Source: an uncultured bacterium | GTDB taxonomy: Bacteria > Acidobacteriota > HRBIN11 > JAKEFK01 | DNA: 64,000 nucleotides | NCBI GenBank assembly: GCA_963777505.1 | Contig: CAVZQN010000006.1 | Location: 160,001-224,000 of the forward strand | Reading direction: 5' to 3' | Shown here: in pieces, positions 1 through 10,387 of the stretch | Position numbering within the stretch: the stretch's first letter is position 1 | Layout: each line of letters opens with the position of its first letter | Position numbers and translations under genes: made by a program | Notes under the pieces: model-generated | The model's input: the letters and a program-made list of their open reading frames with translations, nothing else | What the model was told of the DNA's origin: nothing | Databases searched by the model: none

Positions 1-1048
1 TCGCTGGTGTAAATTTTTCTGCTCCAAGATCCGCAGTTCGAACAATTGCAGAATGTGGATAGACACGTTCGGCAAGCGTTTTATAAACTTCAAAGTGCTG
101 ATCTTCAGTCGGCAAACTGTCCGGGTTTGCTAAAAATAAAAATTCAGAACGATAAATTCCAATACCCTGGGCTCCGGATTTAATTGCTGATTCAATATCA
201 TCAGGTAATTCAATATTTGCCTGAATGATTAATTTGCGACCGTCTTTTGTTATCGCAGGGCGATCCTTAATTGAAATCAGCAGATTTGAGTGTTCTTCAT
301 AATAACGTTTCTTATTCTGATACTCTCGCAGCTGAGTTGGAGTAGGATCCAGAATCACAATCCCTTCATAACCGTCAACAATAACGAATTGTCCGGAACG
401 AGCCTGTGAAATCAGATCACTCATTCCAGTTACAGCCGGCATTTCGAGCGATCTCGCGATGATCGCAGTATGGCTCGTTTTTCCACCGATTTCGGTAACG
501 TATCCAACAACTGGAGCGTTGTTCAACTCAACGAGATCGGAAGGACTTAGCTGATAAGAAAAGACAATCACTTCTTCATCGACTTCAGTAACTTTATGAA
601 CATCGATCTGCGTCAAATTAGCCTGGATCCTGTGTATTACATCTTCAACATCCGAAACACGCTCCTGCCAGTAAGCATCTTTCATGTTGTCAAAGATTTT
701 TGTTAATTCTGAAGCCGTTTCGTTTAATGCCCACTCAGCATTCACTTTTTCCTTGCGGATTGTTTCAAGAGTACTTCCAAGCAGAAGTTGATCTTCAAGC
801 ATCAACATCTGAGCATCCATGATATAGCTGTGACCTTCGCCAAGCCGCGCACTTAACTGATCTTTCAAAACGGCAAGCTGGCTTCGGGTTTTATCAAGAG
901 CTTTATGGAGGCGCGCTATTTCTTCATCGATCTGATCTAAATCGAGATCCATCCGGAATACGGATATGTGCTGCTTTTCAAGCAAGAGGCATTTGCCATA
1001 GCCGATACCAGGTGAAAGAGGCGTCCCTTTGTTGATGTTCTTCTGCAT
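1..1048 (-). CDS. ptsI: Phosphoenolpyruvate-protein phosphotransferase (PTS enzyme I), runs off the window edge
   Basis: Manual translation from ATG at 1048 (TAATG overlap with the ptsH stop): MQKNINKGTPLSPGIGYGK...DAYWQERVSDVEDV...TEIGGKTSHTAIIARSLEMPAV. This contains the EI phospho-His motif TSHxAIxAR. Confidence 0.93.
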   Translation of the reverse strand, partial: MQKNINKGTPLSPGIGYGKCLLLEKQHISVFRMDLDLDQIDEEIARLHKALDKTRSQLAVLKDQLSARLGEGHSYIMDAQMLMLEDQLLLGSTLETIRKEKVNAEWALNETASELTKIFDNMKDAYWQERVSDVEDVIHRIQANLTQIDVHKVTEVDEEVIVFSYQLSPSDLVELNNAPVVGYVTEIGGKTSHTAIIARSLEMPAVTGMSDLISQARSGQFVIVDGYEGIVILDPTPTQLREYQNKKRYYEEHSNLLISIKDRPAITKDGRKLIIQANIELPDDIESAIKSGAQGIGIYRSEFLFLANPDSLPTEDQHFEVYKTLAERVYPHSAIVRTADLGAEKFTPA

Positions 1049-1317
1049 TATTCGCCTTCATCAAACTTTCGTTCGATTAAATCGCAAAGCGCATTCATCG
1101 CGTCTTGTTCGTCATTTCCATCAGTCATAATCGTAAGAGTGCTACCCATGTGTGCGGCGAGAACGAGTACTCCGAGAATACTTTTTCCATCACTGAGCTG
1201 ACCATCTCTTGATAGATTGATCTTTGATTCGAATTTCGTCGCGAGTTGCACCAGCTTGGACGCTGCGCGGGCGTGCAACCCTTTTTTATTTACGATTAAA
1301 ACATCCCGCTGCTGCAT
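1048..1317 (-). CDS. ptsH: HPr phosphocarrier protein
   Basis: 89 aa; GLHARAAS (His15) and DGKSILGV (Ser46) motifs. Confidence 0.95.
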   Translation of the reverse strand: MQQRDVLIVNKKGLHARAASKLVQLATKFESKINLSRDGQLSDGKSILGVLVLAAHMGSTLTIMTDGNDEQDAMNALCDLIERKFDEGE

Positions 1318-1320
1318 CGT

Positions 1321-1725
1321 TTACTGTTTTAATGACAGAATTTCACTCGCAAGATAAATGCTCTTTTTGCCCTGCTCATGAATCATTTGTGCCAGCTCCT
1401 TTAAGTTGAAACGGTCACCAACATTCACAATTTTGATGAGCATAGGCAGATTTACGCCTGTAATGATTTCAACTTTGTCTGACAAAAAAGACAGACTTAT
1501 ATTGGATGGCGTTCCACCAAACATGTCTGTCAAAATCAATACACCATTTCCCTGATCGACTTTTGTGATAGCCGAAGAGATTGTTTTTTGAATGTCAGAC
1601 ATATCATCATTCCAATCGACAGTAATCGGTATGATGTTATCTACATTTCTACCCACAATTATTTTGGTTGTTTCAACCAATTCCTGCGCTAACTTTCCAT
1701 GTGTAACAATGAGAATCCCTACCAT
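1321..1725 (-). CDS. PTS mannose/fructose-type EIIA component
   Basis: IVTHG, DMFGGTPSN and GVNLPML motifs of the EIIA-Man family. Confidence 0.9.
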   Translation of the reverse strand: MVGILIVTHGKLAQELVETTKIIVGRNVDNIIPITVDWNDDMSDIQKTISSAITKVDQGNGVLILTDMFGGTPSNISLSFLSDKVEIITGVNLPMLIKIVNVGDRFNLKELAQMIHEQGKKSIYLASEILSLKQ

Positions 1726-1832
1726 TTTCCCTTCTCCATTAAAATTGCAAGAAAAATGATTCTAATACCATTTTAGTTCTATTGGGATCAAGTGGCGACA
1801 TGGTTCCCCCCTCGTCAAAAGATCCTAAAATT

Positions 1833-2720
1833 CTACTCTTTTTCGACGTCTCGATGCTTGCAGCGAACTTCATGTCCTTGAGACCGCAAGAGTTCTTCCA
1901 GGTAGTTTGCAATAGCTACTGAACGATGTCTACCCCCAGTACAGCCGATGGAAACAGTGAGGTAAGTTTTTCCCTCTCTTATAAATTTTGGCATAAGAAA
2001 TTTGAACATTTCTTCCAGTTTCTTCAGAAATTCACGAGTATCTTGTGATTCCAAAACATAGTTCCTTACGTCCGGATCAGTGCCAACTTGATTTTTAAAC
2101 TCTGGAATAAAAAATGGATTCGGTAAGAATCGCACATCAAAAATAATATCGCTGTTAAAGGGAATCCCATGTTTGTATCCAAAACTAATGATCGAGATTA
2201 CAAGTGGTTTTCCATCAGGAGAGGAGGATGAATAGATTTTGTTTAGATGCTCGCGTAACTCATGAATATTAATCGTTGATGTATCAATAATAATGTCTGC
2301 CAGCTCACGAATCGGACGCAACCTTTCCCGTTCCTCTGTAATTCCCTGAAGTACTGGACGATCAAAAGCAAGTGGATGCGGACGCCGCGTTTCGCTGAAA
2401 CGCCGTTGCAGCACTTCATCCGAAGCTTCGAGAAATAAGATGGAAAAGTTATACCCTTCTGCTTTCATTTTTTCGTATTCGGCAGGAAAGTCGTGCAGGA
2501 ATCCTCCTTCCCGAATATCGATGATCAAGGCTACATTCCTGATTTCCTCGCCTTTGCGTGTGCAGAGTTCTACGAAGGTTGGAATGAGTTTAGCGGGCAA
2601 ATTATCAACGCAAAAAAATTCCAGATCTTCGAAGCACTTCATAGCTCCACTTTTCCCGGAGCCAGAAAGCCCTGTAATGATGATAAATTGAGTTGGCTGT
2701 TGCGGGTCGACCATCCTCAT
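1833..2720 (-). CDS. rapZ: RNase adapter RapZ (P-loop ATPase); start probably ATG at 2720 or 2714 rather than 2777
   Basis: IITGLSGSGKS, CVDNLP, FSETRRPHPL, FDVRFLPNP and IGCTGGRHRSV motifs. Confidence 0.93.
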   Translation of the reverse strand: MRMVDPQQPTQFIIITGLSGSGKSGAMKCFEDLEFFCVDNLPAKLIPTFVELCTRKGEEIRNVALIIDIREGGFLHDFPAEYEKMKAEGYNFSILFLEASDEVLQRRFSETRRPHPLAFDRPVLQGITEERERLRPIRELADIIIDTSTINIHELREHLNKIYSSSSPDGKPLVISIISFGYKHGIPFNSDIIFDVRFLPNPFFIPEFKNQVGTDPDVRNYVLESQDTREFLKKLEEMFKFLMPKFIREGKTYLTVSIGCTGGRHRSVAIANYLEELLRSQGHEVRCKHRDVEKE

Positions 2721-2793
2721 AATAATAAACGATTCAGGTGGATAACGCAGGAGGGAGGATTTACCACGAAGGCACAAAGAGCATGATGACTAT

Positions 2794-3753
2794 TTACGCC
2801 GTCGGGTCGCCGGCAATTTCGTCGATTTTGTCGGCAAGTTGCTTGCTTGCATTGTAACCCTGGGTGCGCAAAAGATAATTACGGGAAGCGACTTCAATCA
2901 AGATTGCGATATTTCTTCCTGGTGCAACCGGCATCCGGACAAGGGGTAAATCCACACTTAGAATTTCGTATCTGCTTTCTTCTAGGCCTAACCGGTCATA
3001 CTCAACATCCGGCTTCCACCGTTCCAGTGAAACGACAAGCTGAATCTTTTGAGCCAGACTGATTGCTGAAATTCCAAATAGATCTTTGATGTTGATTACA
3101 CCCAACCCACGCAGTTCCATGTGGTAACGGATTAAATCTGGAGAGCGGCCGATTAAAACAGTATCCGTTGTTTTTTTAATGATGACGATGTCATCCGATA
3201 CAAGCCGGTGACCACGAACGATTAAATCCAATGCACATTCGCTTTTGCCTATTCCGCTTTCACCGATTAACAGAACGCCCAATCCAAATACATCCAGCAG
3301 GTCTGCATGGAGATACGTTTTTGGAGCAAGAAGATCAGAAAGAAACGCGGTAATTTTTTCGATCGTATCTGAAGTTACATGTGGCGTTACCATAAGGGGA
3401 ATTTTATGGGCTTCTGATTCACGGATCATTTCAGGAGGCGGTTGTTGTCCGCGGCAAACGATAGAACAAGCAATATCAATTGAATAGAGCTGGCGCAAAA
3501 CTTCTTCCCGCCTGTTTTGATCAAGTGTTTTGAGGAATGCGAGTTCACTTTCACCGAAAATTTGAACACGTCCAGAGCGGACATACTGCGTAAAGCCAGT
3601 TAATGCCAGTCCCGGTTTTTGAATTTTTGGGAAGTGGATTCTATTGGCGAGACCTTCTTTTCCTGCAATGACCTGTAGATTTAAACCTGAAGCTTTATCA
3701 GTTAATAGCTCCGAAACGTAAACGTAAGGCCGTTCTACATTTTGAACCTGCAT
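2794..3753 (-). CDS. hprK: HPr kinase/phosphorylase
   Basis: GESGIGKSECALDLIVRGHRLVSDD, MELRGLGVINI and PGRNIAILIE motifs. Confidence 0.95.
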   Translation of the reverse strand: MQVQNVERPYVYVSELLTDKASGLNLQVIAGKEGLANRIHFPKIQKPGLALTGFTQYVRSGRVQIFGESELAFLKTLDQNRREEVLRQLYSIDIACSIVCRGQQPPPEMIRESEAHKIPLMVTPHVTSDTIEKITAFLSDLLAPKTYLHADLLDVFGLGVLLIGESGIGKSECALDLIVRGHRLVSDDIVIIKKTTDTVLIGRSPDLIRYHMELRGLGVINIKDLFGISAISLAQKIQLVVSLERWKPDVEYDRLGLEESRYEILSVDLPLVRMPVAPGRNIAILIEVASRNYLLRTQGYNASKQLADKIDEIAGDPTA

Positions 3754-3755
3754 TT

Positions 3756-4229
3756 TTACGGAGCCACTGGCGCGCCCTCTTCCTCCTGTTTGATGAGCTG
3801 AATGAGTTCATTCTTGCCTGGTCTTTGACCCAGCCTGGCTAAAAAAGTCTGTGACTTTAAAAGTCTTGATAAAGCGGCAAGAGTGCGAAGATGAAGCACG
3901 GAAGAATTCGAAGGTGAAATCACGACAAAGAAAAAGCTTGTCGGCTGGCCGTCTATTGCTTTGAAATTCACACCTGAATCAGAGTATCCAATCGATAATA
4001 TCACTTGCGCTAAATTGTCGACCTTGCAATGTGGAATCGCTATGCTGTTTCCAATCCCTGTACTTTCCTGACTTTCTCTTTCAAGCAATCTTTGAAAAAG
4101 TAATTCCTGATTTGAATACTTTCCAGAGCCGCAAATCGCATTGGAAAATTCCATCAAAATGGACGGGACATCCTTGCCGCTTAGAGAAGGCAAAATAAGA
4201 TCCTCGGTTAAAAGCTCAGCTAGTTTCAT
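3756..4229 (-). CDS. ptsN: PTS EIIA (Ntr/Fru-type)
   Basis: ERESQESTGIGNSIAIPH motif; located in the rpoN-hpf operon. Confidence 0.88.
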   Translation of the reverse strand: MKLAELLTEDLILPSLSGKDVPSILMEFSNAICGSGKYSNQELLFQRLLERESQESTGIGNSIAIPHCKVDNLAQVILSIGYSDSGVNFKAIDGQPTSFFFVVISPSNSSVLHLRTLAALSRLLKSQTFLARLGQRPGKNELIQLIKQEEEGAPVAP

Positions 4230-4252
4230 GAACATGTACACAAAAATAGTTC

Positions 4253-4342
4253 AGCGCTGAGTGCTGAGCAATGGGTGCTGAGTTAATTGGCAATCAACAG
4301 ATAAGCAAATGACTCAGCACTCAAAACTCATTACTCAGTACT
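4253..4342. repeat. Inverted array of 7-mer repeats (GTGCTGA / ACTCAGC) forming a hairpin between hpf and ptsN
   Basis: Left arm agcgctgagtgctgagcaatgggtgctgagt (4253-4283); right arm actcagcactcaaaactcattactcagtact (4312-4342). Confidence 0.7.
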
Positions 4343-4869
4343 TATATGTCTGAATCAATGAGTCCAACATTACCGTCTTTTCGACGGTACAACACATTAA
4401 TCTTATCAGAATTGATATTTCTGAAAATCAAAAATGACTCTTTGCGGCGGTCGAGTTGCATCATTGCTTCTTCTTGTGACATCGGTTTGATGTCTTGCCT
4501 TCTGGCGCGGATTAATCGTGGTTCTTTGCTATCCATTGGTGCCATGTTCTCTGCAAGCTTTGTAACCTTAGGCGCTCTCTGACGCTTCCTTGAAATGAAT
4601 TTTTCTTTATGCCGCTTTAATTGCTTTTGAATTTTTTCAATAACTGCGTTAATCGATTTAAAAACATCCGAAGTTTCTTCAATGGCATTGAAACGTGCAT
4701 TTCTGTTATGTACCAGAAGTTCTGCTTTGTACCTATGTCTGGCATGTTCCAGGGTCAGTGAAACTTCAAGAAGTTCATCGAGGCTGATAATCTTGCGGAG
4801 TTTCGTTTCAGTGTACTTTTGGATTTGACCTGTAAGATTGAAGCCGCGTGCTGTGTAAGCGATGTTCAT
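4342..4869 (-). CDS. hpf: Ribosome hibernation factor, long HPF / RaiA family
   Basis: N-terminal S30AE domain plus C-terminal KPMSxEEAxMQL...FRN...INVLYRRKDG; directly downstream of rpoN. Confidence 0.92.
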   Translation of the reverse strand: MNIAYTARGFNLTGQIQKYTETKLRKIISLDELLEVSLTLEHARHRYKAELLVHNRNARFNAIEETSDVFKSINAVIEKIQKQLKRHKEKFISRKRQRAPKVTKLAENMAPMDSKEPRLIRARRQDIKPMSQEEAMMQLDRRKESFLIFRNINSDKINVLYRRKDGNVGLIDSDI

Positions 4870-4905
4870 GGCGTACTCCTTTCTCTGTTCATGTGATGCT
4901 GTGAA

Positions 4906-6351
4906 TTATTGTGATACAACTGAACGTCTCTGATGAGACGGGGGGATCTTCATATCTTCGCGATATTTCGCGATGGTTCTGCGGGAAATCTTAAGCCCTT
5001 CTTTTTGAAAAATGCTTGTTATTTCAGAATCACTCAGCGGCTTGCCTGGATTCTCTGCTTCAATAATTTTTCGCAATCGTTCCTTAATTGAAAGTGAACT
5101 AACATCAATACCTCTGGAATTTGAAAGTGAGCTGTGAAAGAAAAACTTCATTTCAAAGACGCCCTGAGGCGTGTGCATGTACTTATTTGTAACAGCCCGA
5201 GAGACTGTCGATTCATGCATTCCAATGTCTTCAGCTACAGTTTTCAGAATCAAAGGTTTTAAGAATTCGATTCCATAATCAAGAAACGATCTCTGATGCC
5301 GAACGATACTTTCCGCTACTTTATAAATGGTTTTTTGCCGCTGATCGATACTCTTAATCAGCCAGAGTGCGGATTTAATCTTTTCTTTAATGTATTCGAT
5401 TGTTTCGGGAGAATTACTTTCATCCATCATGCGTCTGTAGATGGGATTGATTCTGAGTTTGGGAATGCCATCATCATCCAGAATAATTTTGTAATCTGCA
5501 TCGACTTTAACGACGTAAACATCCGGCGTCACATATTGCGGTTTCGACGAACTGTACTTCAACCCCGGCATCGGGTCGAGATGCTTGATATGATCAACCC
5601 AAAGTTCAACATCATCCAGGGAACATTTCAGTTTTTTAGCAAGTTCGTTGTAATTATGATTGCGAAGTAAATCGAGATGTTCATTGATGATGGTTTCTAC
5701 AGGCGTATTGTTATAGCCGTAATGATGAACCTGAATCCTTAAACATTCCTTGAGATCTCGCGCCCCGATACCGATCGGATCCAGATGCTGAACGATATCA
5801 AGTGCCTTTTCAACATCCTTCATCTCGTATCCGTCAGCTTGTGCAATTTCTTCAAGCGGGACTTTTAAATAGCCGTTGTCATCTAAATTGCCAATGATTT
5901 GACGTGCAATCGTATTGTGCGGCTCAGGTGGAGCCGAAAGTCCAAGCTGCCATTCCAAATGTCCGGAAAGGGATGTTGGATTAACAAGTGTATTTTCAAA
6001 CGATGGATATTCTGTGATTTCAGGACTTGTAAAGGGTGTATAGCTTAAATCGAAGTAATCGCGGAAGAAGGCTTCATAATCAAAAGTATCATTAACATTT
6101 TCTCTGCCTTTATCTTCTGCGGCTGCAGCAGCGTCTTCTTCGGCTTCCTTCATCTCGTTTTCGGCATCGTATTCCTGTTCTTCCTGAATCGCTGTAGCTT
6201 CTTCGAGTATGGGGTTGACCTGCATTTCTTGTGCCAGATAATTTTGAAGTTCAAGACGGGCGAGAGGAAGAAGCTTGATCGCTTGTTGGAGTGACGGGGT
6301 CATCACCAGCTTTTGGCCGAGCTTGAGATGGAGCTTCTGTTGAATCGACAT
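4906..6351 (-). CDS. rpoN: RNA polymerase sigma-54 factor
   Basis: MTPSLQQAIKLL region I, MHESTVSRAVTNKY, RpoN box SRRTIAKYR. Confidence 0.97.
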   Translation of the reverse strand: MSIQQKLHLKLGQKLVMTPSLQQAIKLLPLARLELQNYLAQEMQVNPILEEATAIQEEQEYDAENEMKEAEEDAAAAAEDKGRENVNDTFDYEAFFRDYFDLSYTPFTSPEITEYPSFENTLVNPTSLSGHLEWQLGLSAPPEPHNTIARQIIGNLDDNGYLKVPLEEIAQADGYEMKDVEKALDIVQHLDPIGIGARDLKECLRIQVHHYGYNNTPVETIINEHLDLLRNHNYNELAKKLKCSLDDVELWVDHIKHLDPMPGLKYSSSKPQYVTPDVYVVKVDADYKIILDDDGIPKLRINPIYRRMMDESNSPETIEYIKEKIKSALWLIKSIDQRQKTIYKVAESIVRHQRSFLDYGIEFLKPLILKTVAEDIGMHESTVSRAVTNKYMHTPQGVFEMKFFFHSSLSNSRGIDVSSLSIKERLRKIIEAENPGKPLSDSEITSIFQKEGLKISRRTIAKYREDMKIPPSHQRRSVVSQ

Positions 6352-6358
6352 ACTTTAA

Positions 6359-7102
6359 CTAATCCAGTTTGAAAGTCTCCCCGAGATACACTTTCTTTAC
6401 TTCTGGATCGCTGGATAGCTCTACTGGTGAGCCGCTCCGGAAGATTTCCCCATTGTTGATGATATACGCACGGTCTGTTATTTTCAAGGTTTCCCGGACG
6501 TTGTGATCGGTGATCAAAATACCAATTCCATTATCACGTAATTTACTGATAATACTCTGGATATCGGCCACAGCGATAGGATCAATTCCTGCGAATGGTT
6601 CATCCAAAAGCATGAACGAAGGAGACGTGGCCAGTGCCCTTGCAATCTCAACGCGGCGCCGTTCACCGCCAGACAACGTATAGGCTTTACTATTGGCTAC
6701 GTGTTCCAATCCAAGTTCAGACATGAGATCTAGCATCCGTTGGCGTTTCTCCTGACCATTAAAGTTTAACATTTCCAGGATCGCCATGATATTTTCCGAG
6801 ACTGTGAGCTTACGGAATACACTTGGTTCCTGAGGGAGATAGCTAAGCCCTTGCCTTGCACGCAAGTACATGGGCAAATCAGTAATTTCTTGAGAATCAA
6901 GAAAAACGCTGCCTGATTCGGGAGGAGTTAAGCCAACGACCATGTAGAAGGTCGTTGTTTTTCCTGCACCATTAGGGCCGAGCAATCCAACGACTTCGCC
7001 TTGCTCCACATGAAAGCTTACACCCCGGACGACAACGCGGCCTTTGTAGCTTTTAGTGAGGTTTTCGCTTCTTAGATTTTTTCTTTTTTTTAGATCCTGC
7101 AT
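6359..7102 (-). CDS. lptB: LPS export ABC transporter ATPase
   Basis: [47 protein letters not shown]; upstream of rpoN. Confidence 0.95.
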   Translation of the reverse strand: MQDLKKRKNLRSENLTKSYKGRVVVRGVSFHVEQGEVVGLLGPNGAGKTTTFYMVVGLTPPESGSVFLDSQEITDLPMYLRARQGLSYLPQEPSVFRKLTVSENIMAILEMLNFNGQEKRQRMLDLMSELGLEHVANSKAYTLSGGERRRVEIARALATSPSFMLLDEPFAGIDPIAVADIQSIISKLRDNGIGILITDHNVRETLKITDRAYIINNGEIFRSGSPVELSSDPEVKKVYLGETFKLD

Positions 7103-9478
7103 CTAGAGTATCTTTCTTGGCGTCCGAGTCCGTTTCAACTTCATCTTTTGCAGATGTTGAGGAGGGAGAACCGTCACCTGTCATTTGAAGTGTCGTCGTT
7201 GCACGACCATCTTCCTGACCGTCGATCAGGATTCTATCATCCGATAAAAACAGGGTCAACATTCGTCCGACGATATCCGCCTTACCAGTCTCTGATAGCT
7301 TGGGACCACCTTCCAATACGAGCTTATGATCTTGTGCATAAAAAGTCGCCGTACTTCCAGTTCCCCGTTTTTGCTCGTGGTTGATTGATACTTTTCCTTG
7401 CGCATAAAGCCGATCGAGTTCAGATGTTTCCTGTTTTAGATAAAAATCCGCTTTTTCTGAGTTAATCTTTGTTGCTTCAGTAACAATTCTTACTTCTTTT
7501 TCAAAATGGATAATTCGATCTTTTTCTGCGTAGTTCATGATGCCGGAATCTACTGAAATCGGACCGGTCTTTGATGAATCGGAGCCTCCAAAGAGTTTGG
7601 ATCCTTCAGACTCTTCGGATTCTTCCGACTCTGTGGTCTGAGTGCCAGCTTTTGCAGCAGCTTCTTTCTTTTCCTCTTTCTTTAAAGATGCTTGTTCAAC
7701 TTTAGGTTGAGATTGAGCAGATGGCTTTACCTGTGTTTCTTTCTTTTCGTCTTTTGAGCCTTTCTTATCTTCTTCTTCGTTCTCTTTCTCTTGCGATTAT
7801 TGTAAAAAATTGTGTGTACTTTTTCGTAGGCGGACATTGTTTTTTCGCGGTCATTAATGATGAGTTTGCCCGCTGTAATTACATTTTTGTCCTGCCACAA
7901 TTTAGCTTTCTCAGTGTAAGTGGCTTCCGATTTTTGCGAATCCCAAACCATGTCTTCGGAGCTTATGTAAACCGGATTACTTGAACCAGAAGAAAACGGA
8001 AACGTTGTAGGCGTCTTTCCATCACTTTGGACAAAAGCGCTTTTCACATTCCCTGATGCATGAATGCCTGATGTTTCTTCAAATAGTTCCATATTTTCTG
8101 CTTTGATATTAAATGAAGCATCTGTAATTTCTGGTTCACCGATCAGATCGGTCTTTCGCTGTGCGCCTGTATAGAGTGCACTTTTGCTTGTAACGGTTCG
8201 GGCTCCTTGAACATGTTTAAATGAATCGTTGAATTGAATTTCTTTGACATCACCTGTCTCGGGGACCAATTTTGTGAAAAGATCATCACAGAAAATTGTT
8301 TGTGATGCTGCGATCTGCTGACGTTTTGGACTATCGAGAGGTTGCAGTTTTACAGAGACTTTTTTGTTGGCGCGGAATTCTTCCATGTCGCCGTTTTGAT
8401 TGAACTTTGCGTGAAACTCTTCGCCCTTGATAATTCGATTCTCTTTCGGCAGGTTCTTTTTATCGAACGTATGCAAGATGAACGTGCAGTCTCCTGTCGA
8501 ATGAAAATTGCTGATCGTGTTTCCGTCTTCATAAAAAAACATTTCTACAAATTCCGCAGATAAATCTTTACCCGATTCGGAATCTGCTGAGAAGACATTC
8601 GACATGCTTGGTGCTACTGCCGTTGTAGCTGGAATCACCGCGGGCGCCGGCTTCTCTTCTGGCTGGCCCTTATCCTTCTTGCCAGGTTTGCCAAACTGAA
8701 TCTGGACATTTTTAATGGCTGTCAGCTTTTCAAGGTCGTTGCTTCCTGGCTTGAATGCAGCCTCAAGGCGATGGGCTTTAATATTGTCTCGGCCCTGATT
8801 TACTTCAACGTTGCCTTCAAAGTAGGCGAAACCGGTTTTGCGGTCGATGTATCCGCTTTCTCCATTCATTATAACCGGCTTTCGGCTTTCACCGGTTAGA
8901 TTCACATACTGGACTTCCGGTTTTTCGTGAAGCTTCAATTCCTCGTTTGGAATGTTGTATGTGAAGCCTTTGCTTTTACCTTTAAGCGAGCGCCATTTAA
9001 AGTGTGAAACACCCGGTGTAGAAAAGGTTTGTGATTTGGCATCATAGCGGATCATATGCGCAGCTACAGCCATGCCTTCGCTGGACTTTACAAAGGTATC
9101 CTCAATCACAGTGATTTGATTGAAATCTTTTGAGATATTGCAACGCTTGCCGGTCACACGGATCGCTTCCTTTTGATTGTCGTCATAGAAAATGAATTCA
9201 GGATTGCTGAGCTGCTGCTGATCCGATTTCATCGTGAGCACCGTATCTGCATTGACTCTGTAGACGAGTTTGCCTTTATCAAAATGGCTGTAATCAATGT
9301 TGTGTTGTGTTGATACGGGTATCGGGCCTTTTCCTTGCTTGCCTTTCGGATCATTTTTGTCTGTTTCGCGAACAGCTTTATAATTCCAGCCCACATAAAA
9401 ACTAAAACCAATAACGGCCAACAGTAGAATGCGCGGGATCCATTTAACAATCGTAAAGCTGCGTTGAACGTTCGTCAT
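7053..9478 (-). CDS. lptC: Large LptC/LptA-like (multi-OstA) periplasmic LPS transport protein, ~808 aa; split by a single-base frameshift near 7791
   Basis: N-terminal TM anchor followed by repeated beta-jellyroll-like segments ([25 protein letters not shown]). Adding one base at ~7791 (AAT CGC AA[A] GAG AAA GAG AAC GAA...) gives an open frame that joins ORF 7727-9478 to ORF 7053-7538. Confidence 0.78.
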
Positions 9479-10368
9479 GAGCGAATTCCAAGCGTATCTA
9501 AAGCAGAAGGCTTTTCACGCCACCTCTCTTTTACTTTGACTCTCAAATCGAGAAAAGTTTTTGTTCCGAGCAATCGTTCGACATCTACTCGAGCCATTGT
9601 GCCGATCTTTTTGATCATTTCACCGCCACGGCCGATTAAGATTGCCTTTTGCGATTCCTTCTCAACCCAAATATCAGCCATGATTGAAATCAAGTTCCCT
9701 TTTTCCTTAAATTCCTCAACATGAACTGCTGCGGAATACGGTACTTCCTTCTGAGCCAGTAAATAAATTTTCTCCCGGATCATTTCTTCAACGATCTGTC
9801 TTTCAGGAATGTCAGTCAGATCGTCTTCAGCAAAAGTCGGTTCTCCTTCCGGCAGATACTTAAAGATCGAAGGAATAACCCGATCGATGCCGTCACCTGT
9901 TAGAGCGGATACCGGGATAAGCTCTTTAAAATCATAAGCTTTACTGTATAAATCGACCATCGGATAAAGTTTGTCCTTTTGGACGAGATCGATTTTGTTA
10001 ATGATTAGCAGAAGTTGTGGCTTGATTCTCTTAATATGGCCGAAGATAAATTCGTCGATCCGCTGATCTTTCGTTGCATCGACAACCCAGAGTCCTAAAT
10101 CGACGCCATCCAGCGCGTTTAAAGCAATAGCAACCATCCGTTTGTTCATTTCGCCGAATGCTTTGTGAATTCCAGGGAGGTCCCAAAAAACGATTTGGCC
10201 TTCCGGTTTGGTGAGAATGCCCGTAATTCTGTTCCTGGTTGTCTGGGGCTTTGGTGAAACGATAGCGAGCTTTGTACCGATCAGGGCATTAAAAAGCGTA
10301 GATTTCCCTACATTGGGCCGCCCCAACAAGCTGACGTAACCACTTTTCGGACGACCTGTATCTTCCAT
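9475..10368 (-). CDS. era: GTPase Era
   Basis: GRPNVGKST, PQTTR, NKID, C-terminal KH domain (EVPY, ILIGRGGEMIKKIG). Confidence 0.96.
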   Translation of the reverse strand: MEDTGRPKSGYVSLLGRPNVGKSTLFNALIGTKLAIVSPKPQTTRNRITGILTKPEGQIVFWDLPGIHKAFGEMNKRMVAIALNALDGVDLGLWVVDATKDQRIDEFIFGHIKRIKPQLLLIINKIDLVQKDKLYPMVDLYSKAYDFKELIPVSALTGDGIDRVIPSIFKYLPEGEPTFAEDDLTDIPERQIVEEMIREKIYLLAQKEVPYSAAVHVEEFKEKGNLISIMADIWVEKESQKAILIGRGGEMIKKIGTMARVDVERLLGTKTFLDLRVKVKERWREKPSALDTLGIRS

Positions 10369-10387
10369 CTTGTATCCTGTATCTAGG

